Assembly (NCBI RefSeq): GCF_039654945.1
Contig: NW_027362117.1
Span: forward strand, 434,001 to 498,000
Origin: Dendrobates tinctorius
Lineage: Eukaryota
Length of the DNA stretch: 64,000 bases
Direction of reading: 5' to 3'
Notes under the pieces: model-generated
What the model saw: only the letters and a program-made list of their open reading frames with translations
Databases searched by the model: none
Told to the model about the DNA's origin: nothing
Shown: piece by piece, positions 1-14,545 of the stretch
Position numbering within the stretch: position 1 is the first letter of the stretch
How the letters are laid out: every line of letters starts with the position of its first letter
Translations under genes and position numbers: made by a program

Positions 1-213
1 GTATATAATTATATATGTACAGCCGGTATAACCTGGGCATCTCCTGTATATAATTATATATGTACAGCCGGTATAACCTGGGCATCCACTGTATATAATT
101 ATATATGTACAGCCGGTATAACCTGGGCATCCCCTGTATATAATTATATATGTACAGCCGGTATAACCTGAGCATCTCCTGTATATAATTATATATGTAC
201 AGCCAGTATAACC

Positions 214-854
214 CAGGGCTGTGGAGTCGGTAAGCCAAACCTGCGACTCCGACTCCGACTCCTCAATTTCCCTTACACCGACTCTAACTCCGACTCCACG
301 ACTCCGACTCCCACACATATTACTTATATTTAAGTGAAAAATGTATTGTAGTACAATGTGAACCTCAGACATTTAATCATTTTTATGATCCAATAATCAA
401 GATATTTAGATAGAACAGAATATATATTGGTGTACTACCCGGTTTTCATTCTTTTTGGTACAGATACGATATGGATAGACAGATATGGATATATAGATAG
501 AGCAGATTTCTAATTTGCTTTTGCTATTGAAAACATTATCTATGAGCTCAAAAACCTTTCAGGTGATGGAGTTTTTTAAAAAGATGATCTGCTTTGCAGC
601 TGAAAAACGTATCCTCAAAAAACGCAGGAAAAACGCTGTGTGTGAATGTAGCCTTAGATCAGGAATAGAACGGCCATTTATAGGACATTTCATAACTTTC
701 CCAAACTCCTATGAAAAAATATTCAGCACATCCTGCATTGAATTACTGCACCCAATTTATTATATATTTTAGGAGTCGGAGTCGGTCCATTTTATACCGA
801 CTCCACCAAAATGAGCACCGACTCCGACTCCACGACTCCGACTCCACAGCCCTG
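214..854. mobile_element. Non-autonomous hAT-type MITE
   Basis: TIR CAGGGCTGTGGAGTCGG...CCGACTCCACAGCCCTG; 8-bp TSD GTATAACC at 206-213 and 855-862; subterminal (GACTCC)n. Confidence 0.9.
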
Positions 855-3094
855 GTATAACCTGGGCATCTCCTGTATATAATTATATATGTACAGCCGG
901 TATAACCTGGGCATCTCCTGTATATAATTATATATGTACAGCCGGTATAACCTGGACATCTCCTGTATATAATTGTATATGTACAGCCGGTATAACCTGG
1001 GCATCTCCTGTATATAATTATATATGTACAGCCAGTATAACCTGGGCATCTCCTGTATATAATGTATGTACAGCCGGTATAACCTTGGCATCTTCTGTAT
1101 ATAATTATATATGTACAGCCAGTATAACCTGGGCATCTCCTGTATTTAATTATATGTATACAGCCAGTATAACCTGGGCATCTCCTGTATATAATTATAT
1201 ATGTACAGCCGGTATAACCTGGACATCTCCTGTATATAATTATATATGTACAGCCGGTATAACCTGGACATCTCCTGTATATAATTATATATGTACAGCT
1301 GATATAACCTGGGCATCTCCTGTATATAATTATATATGTACAGCCGGTATAACCTGTGCATCTCCTGTATATAATTATATATGTACAGCCGGTATAACCT
1401 GGGCATCTCCTGTATATAATTATATGTATACAGCCGGTATAACCTGGGCATCTCCTGTATATAATAATGTATGTACAGCTGGTATAACCTGGGCATCTCC
1501 TGTATATAATTATATATGTACAGCCGGTATAACCTGGACATCTCCTGTATATAATTATATATGTACAGCCGGTATAACCTGGGCATCTCCTGTATATAAT
1601 TATATATGTACAGCTGGTATAACCTGGGTATCTCCTGTATATAATTATATATGTACAGCCAGTATAACCTGTGCATCTCCTGTATATAATTATATATGTA
1701 CAGCCAGTATAACCTGGGCATCTCCTGTATTTAATTATATATGTACAGCCGGTATAACCTGGGCATCTCCTGTATATAATTATATATGTACAGCCGGTAT
1801 AACCTGGACATCTCCTGTATATAATTATATATGTACAGCCGGTATAACCTGGACATCTCCTGTATATAATTATATATGTACAGCTGATATAACCTGGGCA
1901 TCTCCTGTATATAATTATATATGTACAGCCGGTATAACCTGTGCATCTCCTGTATATAATTATATATGTACAGCCGGTATAACCTGGGCATCTCCTGTAT
2001 ATAATTATATGTATACAGCCGGTATAACCTGGGCATCTCCTGTATATAATAATGTATGTACAGCTGGTATAACCTGGGCATCTCCTGTATATAATTATAT
2101 ATGTACAGCCGGTATAACCTGGACATCTCCTGTATATAATTATATATGTACAGCCGGTATAACCTGGGCATCTCCTGTATATAATTATATATGTACAGCT
2201 GGTATAACCTGGGTATCTCCTGTATATAATTATATATGTACAGCCGGTATAACCTGGACATCTCCTGTATATAATTATATATGTACAGCTGGTATAACCT
2301 GGGCATCTCCTGTATATAATTATATATGTACAGCCGGTATAACCTGGACATCTCCTGTATATAATTATATATGTACAGCCGGTATAACCTGGGCATCTCC
2401 TGTATATAATTATATATGTACAGCCGGTATAACCTGAGCATCTCCTGTATATAATTACATATGTACAGCCAGTATAACCTGGGCATCTCCTGTTTATAAT
2501 TATTTGTATACAGCCGGTATAACCTGGGCATCTCCTGTATATAATTATATGTATACAGCCGGTATTACCTGGGCATCTCCTGTATATAATAATGTATGTA
2601 CAGCCGGTATAACCTTGGCATCTTCTGTATATAATTATATATGTACAGCCGGTATAACCTGGGCATCTCCTGTATATAATAATGTATGTACAGCCGGTAT
2701 AACCTGGACATCTCCTGTATATAATTATACTGTATATGTACAGCCGGTATAACCTGGGCATCTCCTGTATATAATTATATATGTACAGCCAGTATAACCT
2801 GGGCATCTCCTGTATATAATTATATGTATACAGCCGGTATAACCTGGGCATCTCCTGTATATAATAATGTATGTACAGCCGGTATAACCTTGGCATCTTC
2901 TGTATATAATTATATATGTACAGCCAGTATAACCTGGGCATCTCCTGTATATAATTATATGTATACAGCCGGTATAACCTGGGCATCTCCTGTATATAAT
3001 AATGTATGTACAGCTGGTATAACCTGGGCATCTCCTGTATATAATTATATATGTACAGCTGGTATAACCTGGGTATCTCCTGTATATAATTATA

Positions 3095-4699
3095 CAGTGG
3101 GGCAAAAAAGTATTTAATCAGTCAGCAATAGTGCAAGTTCCACCACTTAAAAAGATGAGAGGCGTCTGTAATTTACATCATAGGTAGACCTCAACTATGG
3201 GAGACAAACTGAGAAAAAAAAATCCAGAAAATCACATTGTCTGTTTTTTTTCATTTTATTTGCATATTATGGTGGAAAATAAGTATTTGGTCAGAAACAA
3301 AATTTAATCTCAATACTTTGTGATATATCCTTTGTTGGCAATGACAGAGGTCAAACGTTTTCTGTAAGTCTTCACAAGGTTGCCACACACTGTTGTTGGT
3401 ATGTTGGCCCATTCCTCCATGCAGATCTCCTCTAGAGCAGTGATGTTTTTGGCTTTTCGCTTGGCAACACGGACTTTCAACTCCCTCCAAAGGTTTTCTA
3501 TAGGGTTGAGATCTGGAGACTGGCTAGGCCACTCCAGGACCTTGAAATGCTTCTTACGAAGCCACTCCTTCGTTGCCCTGGCGGTGTGCTTTGGATCATT
3601 GTCATGTTGAAAGACCCAGCCACGTTTCATCTTCAATGCCCTTGCTGATGGAAGGAGGTTTGCACTCAAAATCTCACGATACATGGCCCCATTCATTCTT
3701 TCATGTACCCGGATCAGTCGTCCTGGCCCCTTTGCAGAGAAACAGCCCCAAAGCATGATGTTTCCACCACCATGCTTTACAGTAGGTATGGTGTTTGATG
3801 GATGCAACTCAGTATTCTTTTTCCTCCAAACACGACAAGTTGTGTTTCTACCAAACAGTTCCAGTTTGGTTTCATCAGACCATAGGACATTCTCCCAAAA
3901 CTCCTCTGGATCATCCAAATGCTCTCTAGCAAACTTCAGACGGGCCCGGACGTGTACAGGCTTAAGCAGTGGGACACGTCTGGCACTGCAGGATCTGAGT
4001 CCATGGTGGCGTAGTGTGTTACTTATGGTAGGCCTTGTTACATTGGTCCCAGCTCTCTGCAGTTCATTCACTAGGTCCCCCCGCGTGATTCTGGGATTTT
4101 TGCTCACCGTTCTTGTGATCATTCTGACCCCACGGGGTGGGATTTTGCGTGGAGCACCAGATCGAGGGAGATTATCAGTGGTCTTGTATGTCTTCCATTT
4201 TCTAATTATTGCTCCCACAGTTGATTTCTTCACTCCAAGCTGGTTGGCTATTGCAGATTCAGTCTTCCCAGCCTGGTGCAGGGCTACAATTTTGTTTCTG
4301 GTGTCCTTTGACAGCTCTTTGGTCTTCACCATAGTGGAGTTTGGAGTCAGACTGTTTGAGGGTGTGCACAGGTGTCTTTTTATACTGATAACAAGTTTAA
4401 ACAGGTGCCATTACTACAGGTAATGAGTGGAGGAAAGAGGAGACTCTTAAAGAAGAAGTTACAGGTCTGTGAGAGCCAGAAATATTGATTGCTTGTTTCT
4501 GACCAAATACTTATTTTCCACCATAATATGCAAATAAAATGAAAAAAAAACAGACAATGTGATTTTCTGGATTTTTTTTTCTCAGTTTGTCTCCCATAGT
4601 TGAGGTCTACCTATGATGTAAATTACAGACGCCTCTCATCTTTTTAAGTGGTGGAACTTGCACTATTGCTGACTGACTAAATACTTTTTTGCCCCACTG
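3095..4699 (-). mobile_element. Full-length Tc1 transposon, IR/DR type
   Basis: ~206-bp nearly perfect TIRs (3095-3300 / 4493-4699) starting CAGTGGGGCAAAAAAG; TA duplicated on both sides; inner direct repeat AAGTATTT..TCA. Confidence 0.97.
3310..4332 (-). CDS. Tc1 DD34E transposase, 340 aa, uninterrupted
   Basis: Paired-like HTH N-terminus; [22 protein letters not shown] and [11 protein letters not shown] motifs; 34 residues between second D and E. Confidence 0.96.
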   Translation of the reverse strand: MVKTKELSKDTRNKIVALHQAGKTESAIANQLGVKKSTVGAIIRKWKTYKTTDNLPRSGAPRKIPPRGVRMITRTVSKNPRITRGDLVNELQRAGTNVTRPTISNTLRHHGLRSCSARRVPLLKPVHVRARLKFAREHLDDPEEFWENVLWSDETKLELFGRNTTCRVWRKKNTELHPSNTIPTVKHGGGNIMLWGCFSAKGPGRLIRVHERMNGAMYREILSANLLPSARALKMKRGWVFQHDNDPKHTARATKEWLRKKHFKVLEWPSQSPDLNPIENLWRELKVRVAKRKAKNITALEEICMEEWANIPTTVCGNLVKTYRKRLTSVIANKGYITKY

Positions 4700-7600
4700 T
4701 ATATGTGTACAGCCGGTATAGCCTGGGCATCTCCTGTATATAATTATATATGTACAGCCAGTATAACCTGGGCATCTCCTGTATATAATTATATATGTAC
4801 AGCCAGTATAACCTGGGCATCTCCTGTATATAATTATATATGCACAGCCGGTATAACCTGGGCATCTCCTGTATATAATTATATATGTACAGCCAGTATA
4901 ACCTGGGCATCTCCTGTATATAATTATATATGTACAGCTTGTATAACCTGGGCATCTCCTGTATATAATTACATATGTACAGCTGGTATAACCTGGGCAT
5001 CTCCTGTATATAATTATATATGTACAGCCGGTATAACCTGGACATCTCCTGTATATAATTATATATGTACAGCTGGTATAACCTGGGCATCTCCTGTATA
5101 TAATTATATATGTACAGCCGGTATAACCTGGACATCTCCTGTATATAATTATATATGTACAGCTGGTATAACCTGGGCATCTCCTGTATATAATTATATA
5201 TGTACAGCCAGTATAACCTGGGCATCTCCTGTATATAATTATATATGCACAGCCGGTATAACCTGGGCATCTCCTGTATATAATTATATATGTACAGCCA
5301 GTATAACCTGGGCATCTCCTGTATATAATTATATATGTACAGCTTGTATAACCTGGGCATCTCCTGTATATAATTACATATGTACAGCTGGTATAACCTG
5401 GGCATCTCCTGTATATAATTATATATGTACAGCCGGTATAACCTGGACATCTCCTGTATATAATTATATATGTACAGCTGGTATAACCTGGGCATCTCCT
5501 GTATATAATTATATATGTACAGCCGGTATAACCTGGACATCTCCTGTATATAATTATATATGTACAGCTGGTATAACCTGGGCATCTCCTGTATATAATT
5601 ATATATGTACAGCCGGTATAACCTGGACATCTCCTGTATATAATTATATATGTACAGCCGGTATAACCTGGGCATCTCCTGTATATAATTATATATGTAC
5701 AGCTGGTATAACCTGGACATCTCCTGTATATAATTATATATGTACAGCCGGTATAACCTGGACATCTCCTGTATATAATTATATATGTACAGCCGGTATA
5801 ACCTGGGCATCTCCTGTATATAATAATGTATGTACAGCTGGTATAACCTGGGCATCTCCTGTATATAATTATATATGTACAGCTGGTATAACCTGGGTAT
5901 CTCCTGTATATAATTATATATGTACAGCCAGTATAACCTGGGCATCTCCTGTATATAATTATATATGTACAGCCGGTATAACCTGGACATCTCCTGTATA
6001 TAATTATATATGTACAGCCGGTATAACCTGGACATCTCCTGTATATAATTATATATGTACAGCCGGTATAACCTGGGCATCTCCTGTATATAATTATATA
6101 TGTACAGCCGGTATAACCTGGGCATCTCCTGTATATAATTATATATGTACAGCCAGTATAACCTGGGCATCTCCTGTATATAATTATATATGTACAGCCA
6201 GTATAACCTGGGCATCTCCTGTATATAATTATATGTATACAGCCGGTATAACCTGGGCATCTCCTGTATATAATTATATATGTACAGCCGGTATAACCTG
6301 GACATCTCCTGTATATAATTATATATGTACAGCCGGTATAACCTGGGCATCTCCTGTATATAATTATATATGTACAGCCGGTATAACCTGGGCATCTCCT
6401 GTATATAATTATATATGTACAGCCAGTATAACCTGGGCATCTCCTGTATATAATTATATGTATACAGCCGGTATAACCTGGGCATCTCCTGTATATAATT
6501 ATATGTATACAGCCGGTATAACCTGGGAATCTCCTGTATATAATAATGTATGTACAGCCGGTATAACCTTGGCATCTTCTGTATATAATTATAAATGTAC
6601 AGCCGGTATAACCTGGGCATCTCCTGTATATAATAATGTATGTACAGCCGGTATAACCTGGACATCTCCTGTATATAATTATATATGTACAGCCGGTATA
6701 ACCTGGGCATCTCCTGTATATAATTATATATGTACAGCCAGTATAACCTGGGCATCTCCTGTATATAATTATATATGTACAGCCAGTATAACCTGGGCAT
6801 CTCCTGTATATAATTATATGTATACAGCCGGTATAACCTGGGCATCTCCTGTATATAATAATGTATGTACAGCCGGTATAACCTGGGCATCTCCTGTATA
6901 TAATAATGTATGTACAGCCGGTATAACCTTGGCATCTTCTGTATATAATTATATATGTACAGCGGGTATAACCTGGGCATCTCCTGTATATAATAATGTA
7001 TGTACAGCCGGTATAACCTTGGCATCTTCTGTATATAATTATATATGTACAGCCAGTATAACCTGGGCATCTCCTGTATATAATAATGTATGTACAGCCG
7101 GTATAACCTTGGCATCTTCTGTATATAATTATATATGTACAGCGGGTATAACCTGGGCATCTCCTGTATATAATAATGTATGTACAGCCGGTATAACCTT
7201 GGCATCTTCTGTATATAATTATATATGTACAGCCGGTATAACCTGGGCATCTCCTGTATATAATTATATATGTACAGCCGGTATAACCTGGGCATCTTCT
7301 GTATATAATTATATATGTACAGCCGGTATAACCTGGACATCTCCTGTATATAATTATATATGTACAGCTGGTATAACCTGGGCATCTCCTGTGTATAATT
7401 ATATATATACAGCCGGTATAACCTGGGCATCTCCTGTATATAATTATATATGTACAGCTGGTATAACCTGGGCATCTCCTGTATATAATTATATATGTAC
7501 AGCCGGTATAACCTGGTCATCTCCTGTATATAATTATATATGTACAGCCGGTATAACCTGGGCATCTTCTGTATATAATTATATATGTACAGCCGGTATA

Positions 7601-10600
7601 ACCTGGACATCTCCTGTATATAATTATATATGTACAGCCGGTATAACCTGGACATCTCCTGTACATAATTATATATGTACAGCCGGTATAACCTAGGCAT
7701 CTTCTGTATATAATTATATATGTACAGCCGGTATAACCTAGGCATCTCCTGTATATAATTATATATGTACAGCCGGTATAACCTGGGCATCTCCTGTATA
7801 CAATTATATATGTACAGCCAGTATAACCTGGGCATCTCCTGTATATAATTATATATGTACAGCTGGTATAACCTGGGCATCTCCTGTATATAATTATATA
7901 TGTACAGCCGGTATAACCTGGACATCTACTGTATATAATTATATATGTACAGCCAGTATAACCTGGACATCTCCTGTATATAATTATATATGTACAGACG
8001 GTAAAACCTGGGCATCTCCTGTATATTATTATATATGTCCAGCCGGTATAACCTGGGCATCTCCTGTATATAATTATATATGTACAGCCGGTATAACCTA
8101 GGCATCTCCTGTATATAATTATATATGTACAGCCGGTATAACCTAGACATCTTCTGTATATAATTATATATGTACAGCCGGTATAACCTGGGCATCTCCT
8201 GTATATTATTATATATGTACAGCCGGTATAACCTGGGCATCTCCTGTATACAATTATATATGTACAGCCGGTATAACCTGGGCATCTCCTGTATATAATT
8301 ATATATGTCCAGCCGGTATAACCTGGGCATCTCCTGTATATTATTATATATGTACAGCCGGTATAACCTGGGCATCTCCTGTATACAATTATATATGTAC
8401 AGCCGGTATAACCTGGGCATCTCCTGTATATTATTATATATGTACAGCCGGTATAACCTGGACATCTCCTGTATATTATTATATATGTACAGCTGGTATA
8501 ACCTGGGCATCTCCTGTATATAATTATATATGTACAGCCGGAATAACGTGGGCATCTCCTGTATATAATTATATATGTACAGCTGGTATAACCTGGGCAT
8601 CTCCTGTGTATAATTATATATATACAGCCGGTATAACCTGGGCATCTCCTGTATATAATTATATATGTACAGCTGGTATAACCTGGGCATCTCCTGTATA
8701 TAATTATATATGTACAGCCGGTATAACCTGGTCATCTCCTGTATATAATTATATATGTACAGCCGGTATAACCTGGGCATCTTCTGTATATAATTATATA
8801 TGTACAGCCGGTATAACCTGGACATCTCCTGTATATAATTATATATGTACAGCCGGTATAACCTGGACATCTCCTGTATATAATTATATATGTACAGCTG
8901 GTATAACCTGGGCATCTCCTGTATATAATTATATATGTACAGCCGGTATAACCTGGACATCTACTGTATATAATTATATATGTACAGCCAGTATAACCTG
9001 GACATCTCCTGTATATAATTATATATGTACAGCCGGTAAAACCTGGGCATCTCCTGTATATTATTATATATGTCCAGCCGGTATAACCTGGGCATCTCCT
9101 GTATATAATTATATATGTACAGCCGGTATAACCTAGGCATCTCCTGTATATAATTATATATGTACAGCCGGTATAACCTAGGCATCTTCTGTATATAATT
9201 ATATATGTACAGCCGGTATAACCTGGACATCTCCTGTATATTATTATATATGTACAGCCGGTATAACCTGGGCATCTCCTGTATACAATTATATATGTAC
9301 AGCCGGTATAACCTGGGCATCTCCTGTATATAATTATATATGTCCAGCCGGTATAACCTGGGCATCTCCTGTATATTATTATATATGTACAGCCGGTATA
9401 ACCTGGGCATCTCCTGTATACAATTATATATGTACAGCCGGTATAACCTGGGCATCTCCTGTATATTATTATATATGTACAGCCGGTATAACCTGGACAT
9501 CTCCTGTATATTATTATATATGTACAGCTGGTATAACCTGGGCATCTCCTGTATATAATTATATATGTACAGCCGGTATAACCTGGGCATCTCCTGTATA
9601 TAATTATATATGTACAGCCGGTATAACCTGGGCATCTCCTGTATATAATTATATATGTACAGCCAGTATAACCTGGACATCTCCTGTATATAATTATATA
9701 TGTACAGCCGGTATAACCTGGGCATCTCCTGTATATAATTATATATGTCCAGCCGGTATAACCTGGGCATCTCCTGTATATAATTATATATGTACAGCCG
9801 GTATAACCTAGGCATCTCCTGTATATAATTATATATGTACAGCCGGTATAACCTAGGCATCTTCTGTATATAATTATATATGTACAGCCGGTATAACCTG
9901 GGCATCTCCTGTATATTATTATATATGTACAGCCGGTATAACCTGGGCATCTCCTGTATACAATTATATATGTACAGCCGGTATAACCTGGGCATCTCCT
10001 GTATATAATTATATATGTCCAGCCGGTATAACCTGGGCATCTCCTGTATATTATTATATATGTACAGCTGGTATAACCTGGGCATCTCCTGTATACAATT
10101 ATATATGTACAGCCGGTATAACCTGGGCATCTCCTGTATATTATTATATATGTACAGCCGGTATAACCTGGACATCTCCTGTATATTATTATATATGTAC
10201 AGCCGGTATAACCTGGTCATCTCCTGTATATAATTATATATGTACAGCCAGTATAACCTGGACATCTCCTGTATATAATTATATATGTACAGCCGGTATA
10301 ACCTGGGCATCTCCTGTATATAATTATATATGTCCAGCCGGTATAACCTGGGCATCTCCTGTATATAATTATATATGTACAGCCGGTATAACCTAGGCAT
10401 CTCCTGTATATAATTATATATGTACAGCCGGTATAACCTAGGCATCTTCTGTATATAATTATATATGTACAGCCGGTATAACCTGGGCATCTCCTGTATA
10501 TTATTATATATGTACAGCCGGTATAACCTGGGCATCTCCTGTATACAATTATATATGTACAGCTGGTATAACCTGGGCATCTCCTGTATATAATTATATA

Positions 10601-11339
10601 TGTCCAGCCGGTATAACCTGGGCATCTCCTGTATATTATTATATATGTACAGCCGGTATAACCTGGGCATCTCCTGTATACAATTATATATGTACAGCCG
10701 GTATAACCTGGGCATCTCCTGTATATTATTATATATGTACAGCTGGTATAACCTGGGCATCTCCTGTATATAATTATATATGTACAGCCAGTATAACCTG
10801 GACATCTCCTGTATATAATTATATATGTACAGCCGGTATAACCTGGGCATCTCCTGTATATTATTATATATGTACAGCCGGTATAACCTGGTCATCTCCT
10901 GTATATAATTATATATGTACAGCCAGTATAACCTGGACATCTCCTGTATATAATTATATATGTACAGCCGGTATAACCTGGGCATCTCCTGTATATAATT
11001 ATATATGTCCAGCCGGTATAACCTGGGCATCTCCTGTATATTATTATATATGTACAGCCGGTATAACCTGGGCATCTCCTGTATACAATTATATATGTAC
11101 AGCCGGTATAACCTGGGCATCTCCTGTATATAATTATATATGTCCAGCCGGTATAACCTGGGCATCTCCTGTATATTATTATATATGTACAGCCGGTATA
11201 ACCTGGGCATCTCCTGTATACAATTATATATGTACAGCCGGTATAACCTGGGCATCTCCTGTATATTATTATATATGTACAGCTGGTATAACCTGGGCAT
11301 CTCCTGTATATAATTATATATGTGCAGCTGATCCAAAAC

Positions 11340-11882
11340 AGACAGACAGAGCTGTGTCACCTGATCCAAAACAGACAGTCGCACTCGAGATCTCATGGAT
11401 TCGCAGAAGAGGAAGATTTATTTCAATCACAAAAATAATATTTCACCACAGCTGAAGAATGAGCAAGGTAATCAGGATGAGTGAGGTAACGTTTCGGCCC
11501 TATCCTGGGTCTTTATCAAACCTTGCTGGAAAGAATAAATATACAAAGGATAAAAAATAAAGAAGCAGAAGATGAACAATACAGATTATAACAAGAGAAA
11601 AAATGTACAAAAATATCCCATTGGTGCTGCACAAGTATATACATGCGTCAAAACAAAAGACGGATAAAAGGAGCCCACATCATTTACAGAATAAGTAATA
11701 GGCTGATAATCGTCGAGAGCTGAATATTGATCTCGGGTGACTGATAAATATCACAGAGCCGGAGAGGAGCCAGACAGTGGTGATATCAGGGGCTCGAGAG
11801 TTCTAGGCAGATTGGTACAAGGGCGATCATAGGAGAAAGGCCAAAGAAACCATGAAATCAAATAAAATACTGTAGGTACAGG
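11340..11882 (-). mobile_element. Inverted Penelope-like pseudo-LTR / 5' repeat
   Basis: 11821-11882 is the reverse complement of 14941-15002 and 11375-11402 of 15008-15035; contains a hammerhead-like motif and AATAAA on the minus strand. Confidence 0.7.
11484..11524 (-). ncRNA. Minimal hammerhead ribozyme-like motif (U3-A8 core variant)
   Basis: Minus strand reads AGGT-TTGATAA-A-GACCC aggata GGGCC-GAA-ACGT-T-ACCT: short helix I, helix II with one mismatch, palindromic helix III. Confidence 0.55.
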
Positions 11883-11923
11883 AAAAAATTCAGAATTGAG
11901 AATACTCAGTGGTTGATACCTTT

Positions 11924-14545
11924 TAGAATCGTAGAGTTGGAAGGGACCTCCTGGGCCATCTGGTCCAACCCCCTGCTCAAAGCAGGATTCGCTAAATCAT
12001 CCCAGTCAGATGTCTGTCCAGCCTCTGTTTGAAGACATCCATTGAAGGAGAACTCACCACTTCTCGTGGCAGCTTGTTCCACTCATTGATCACTCTAACT
12101 GTCAAAAAGTTTTTTCTAATATCTAATCTGTGTCTCCTCCCATTCAGTTTCATCCCATTGCTTCTAGTCTTTCCTTGTGCAAATGAGAATAAAGTTGATC
12201 CTTCTACAATGTGACAGCCCTTTAGATATTTGTAGACAGCTATTAAGTCTCCTCTCAGTCTTCTCTTTTGCAAACTAAACATTCCCAAATCCTGCAACCT
12301 TTCCTCATAAGACAGGGTTTGCAGACCGGTCACCATTCTGGTCGCTCTTTTCTGAACTTGCTCCAGTTTGTTGATGTCTTTTTTAAAATGTGGTGCCCAA
12401 AACTGGACACAATATTCCAGATGAGGTCTGACCAAAGTAGAGGGAAATAATGACTTCACGTGATCTAGACTGTATGCTTCTGTTAATACATCCTAGAATT
12501 GCATTTGCCTTTTTTGCTGCTGCATCACACTGTTGACTCATATTCAGTCTGTGATCTATTAGTATACCCAAGTCTTTTTCACATGTGCTGTCACTTAGCC
12601 CTATTCCTCCCATTCTATATATGCTTTCTTCATTTTTATTGCCCAGATGTAGTACTTTGCATTTTTCCCTGTTAAAAACCATTCTGTTAGTTGCTGCCCA
12701 CTTCTCCAGTTTATTTATATCTTTTTGAATCCTCTCTCTCTCTTCTCTAGTATTAGCTATCCCTCCTAGCTTTGTGTCATCAGCAAATTTAATCAGTTTA
12801 CCCTCAAATCCTTCATCTAAATCGTTGATAAAGATGTTGAACAATACAGGGCCCAGGACAGAGCCCTGTGGTACCCCACTTGAGACATTCTTCCAACTGG
12901 ATGTGCAGCCATTTATGACCACTCTTTGGGTCCGATCACTAAGCCAGTTATGAATCCACCTAACAGTTGCCTTGTCCATTCCATACTTAGTCATTTTTTC
13001 AATAAGGATTGTATGAGAGACTTTGTCAAATGCTTTGCTGAAGTCAAGATATACTATATCTACAGCATTTCCTTGATCCACCCAATCAGTGATTCCGTCA
13101 TAGAAGGAAATTAAGTTAGTCTGACATGACTTATTAGTTACAAACCCATGCTGACTCTGTTTAATCACTTCATTCTTATCCAGGTATTGACATACATGTT
13201 GTTTAATAATTTGTTCAAAGATCTTTCCTGGTATAGAAGTCAGACTCACCGGCCTATAGTTGCCTGGGTCCACCTTCTTCCCCTTTTTGAAGATAGGAAC
13301 AACATTTGCTCTTCTCCAGTCTTCTGGGACTTCTCCTGTTCTCCAAGAATTTTCAAAGATTATGGAGAGGGGTTCAAAAATTTCTTATGCTATCTCCTTC
13401 AGTACTCTGGGGTGTAATTCATCTGGACCTGGAGACTTGAATTCATTTAGGTTAGCTAAGTGTTTCCTCACTATCTTTCTGTTTATAGATATCCTGGATT
13501 CTTCTATTCCCTTAATAGGACAGTGAAGAACAGTTGATGTCACATTTCCTTTCTGAGAGAAAACAGATGCAAAATAGGAATTTAAAAGTTCGGCCTTCTC
13601 AACATCCTGTCTTACCATTTCATCATTTTCATCCTGTAAAAATCCTATAGCATCTTTGACTTTTCTTTTACTTTTGACATATCCCCAAAATCCTTTATTA
13701 TTGCTTTTGACATCTCTTTGAAGCCTCAATTCATTGTCAGCTTTAGTAATCTGATTTGTGCCCTGCAGGTTCTGCAGACAGCATTATATTCTTCTTTAGA
13801 TATGCCTCCCTCTTTCCATTTTATAAACATTTTTTTCTTCCTTTTTAGCATGTGCTTAAGTTCTGTGTTCATCCATCCTGGTTTCCTTAAATGCTTCCTA
13901 TTCTTCCCTCTTTTCGGAATTGTTAACAATTGTGCTTTGAGAATTTCATTTTTCAAGATTTCCCATCCTTCCTGGACATTTTTGTCTTTAAGGATATCCA
14001 GCCATTGGATCCCTCCAATTCTCTTTCTGAATCCCTTAAAATCTGCCTTTCTGAAATCTAACCTTGACGTCTGAGTCTTCACAGGTCTTCCTCCTCTAGT
14101 TATCCAAAATTCTAAAATAGCATGGTCGCTACCTCCTAGGGTCCCAGCCACTTTTACCTCCTCAACCATTTCCTCCCTGTTTATAAGGATTAGATCCAAG
14201 GTAGCAGTTCCCCTTGTTTTCTCCCCTACCTTATGGAAGATAAAGTTGTCAGCAAGAGAGGATAAGAATTTCCTTGACCTGTTAGTTTTGCCTGAGAGAG
14301 ATTCCCAACAAATGTCTGGATAGTTGAAATCTCCCATGACAACTATGTCATATTTTTGGGAGAACTTGGCCATTTGATGCATAAAGAGTTCATCCATATC
14401 TTCAGCTTGCACAGGCGGCCTGTAGTAAATGCCTACAATGGTGTCCTTTCCATTGTTCTGTCCTTGTATTCTTACCCAAACAGTTTCCACAGAACTCCCA
14501 GTCTCTGAAGCTTCAATCTCTGTGCAGATATACGCGTCTATATGC
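11924..14545 (-). mobile_element. CR1 LINE, 5'-truncated, frameshifted ORF2 (endonuclease + RT)
   Basis: GDFNYP, GGSDHA, NYRPVSLTS, YLDFSKAFD, PQGSVLGP and FADD motifs across four ORF pieces; 3' tail CTACGATTCTA. Confidence 0.95.

Larger units (their letters stand above)
1..11328. repeat. 45-bp tandem satellite (GTATATAATTATATATGTACAGCCGGTATAACCTGGGCATCTCCT), interrupted by a hAT MITE and a Tc1
   Basis: About 200 near-identical 45-bp units; variant patterns recur at 585, 675 and 1035 bp (higher-order duplication). Confidence 0.98.

Noticed and set aside
1-11328. CRISPR-like appearance of regular repeats here and in the other arrays
   Set aside because: No unique spacers, no cas genes, eukaryotic context
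743-11396. ORFs of 450-1082 aa (YIQEMPRLYRLYIYN, CPGYTGCTYIIIYRR repeats)
   Set aside because: Translations of a 45-bp satellite whose unit is a multiple of 3; open on both strands; no gene structure
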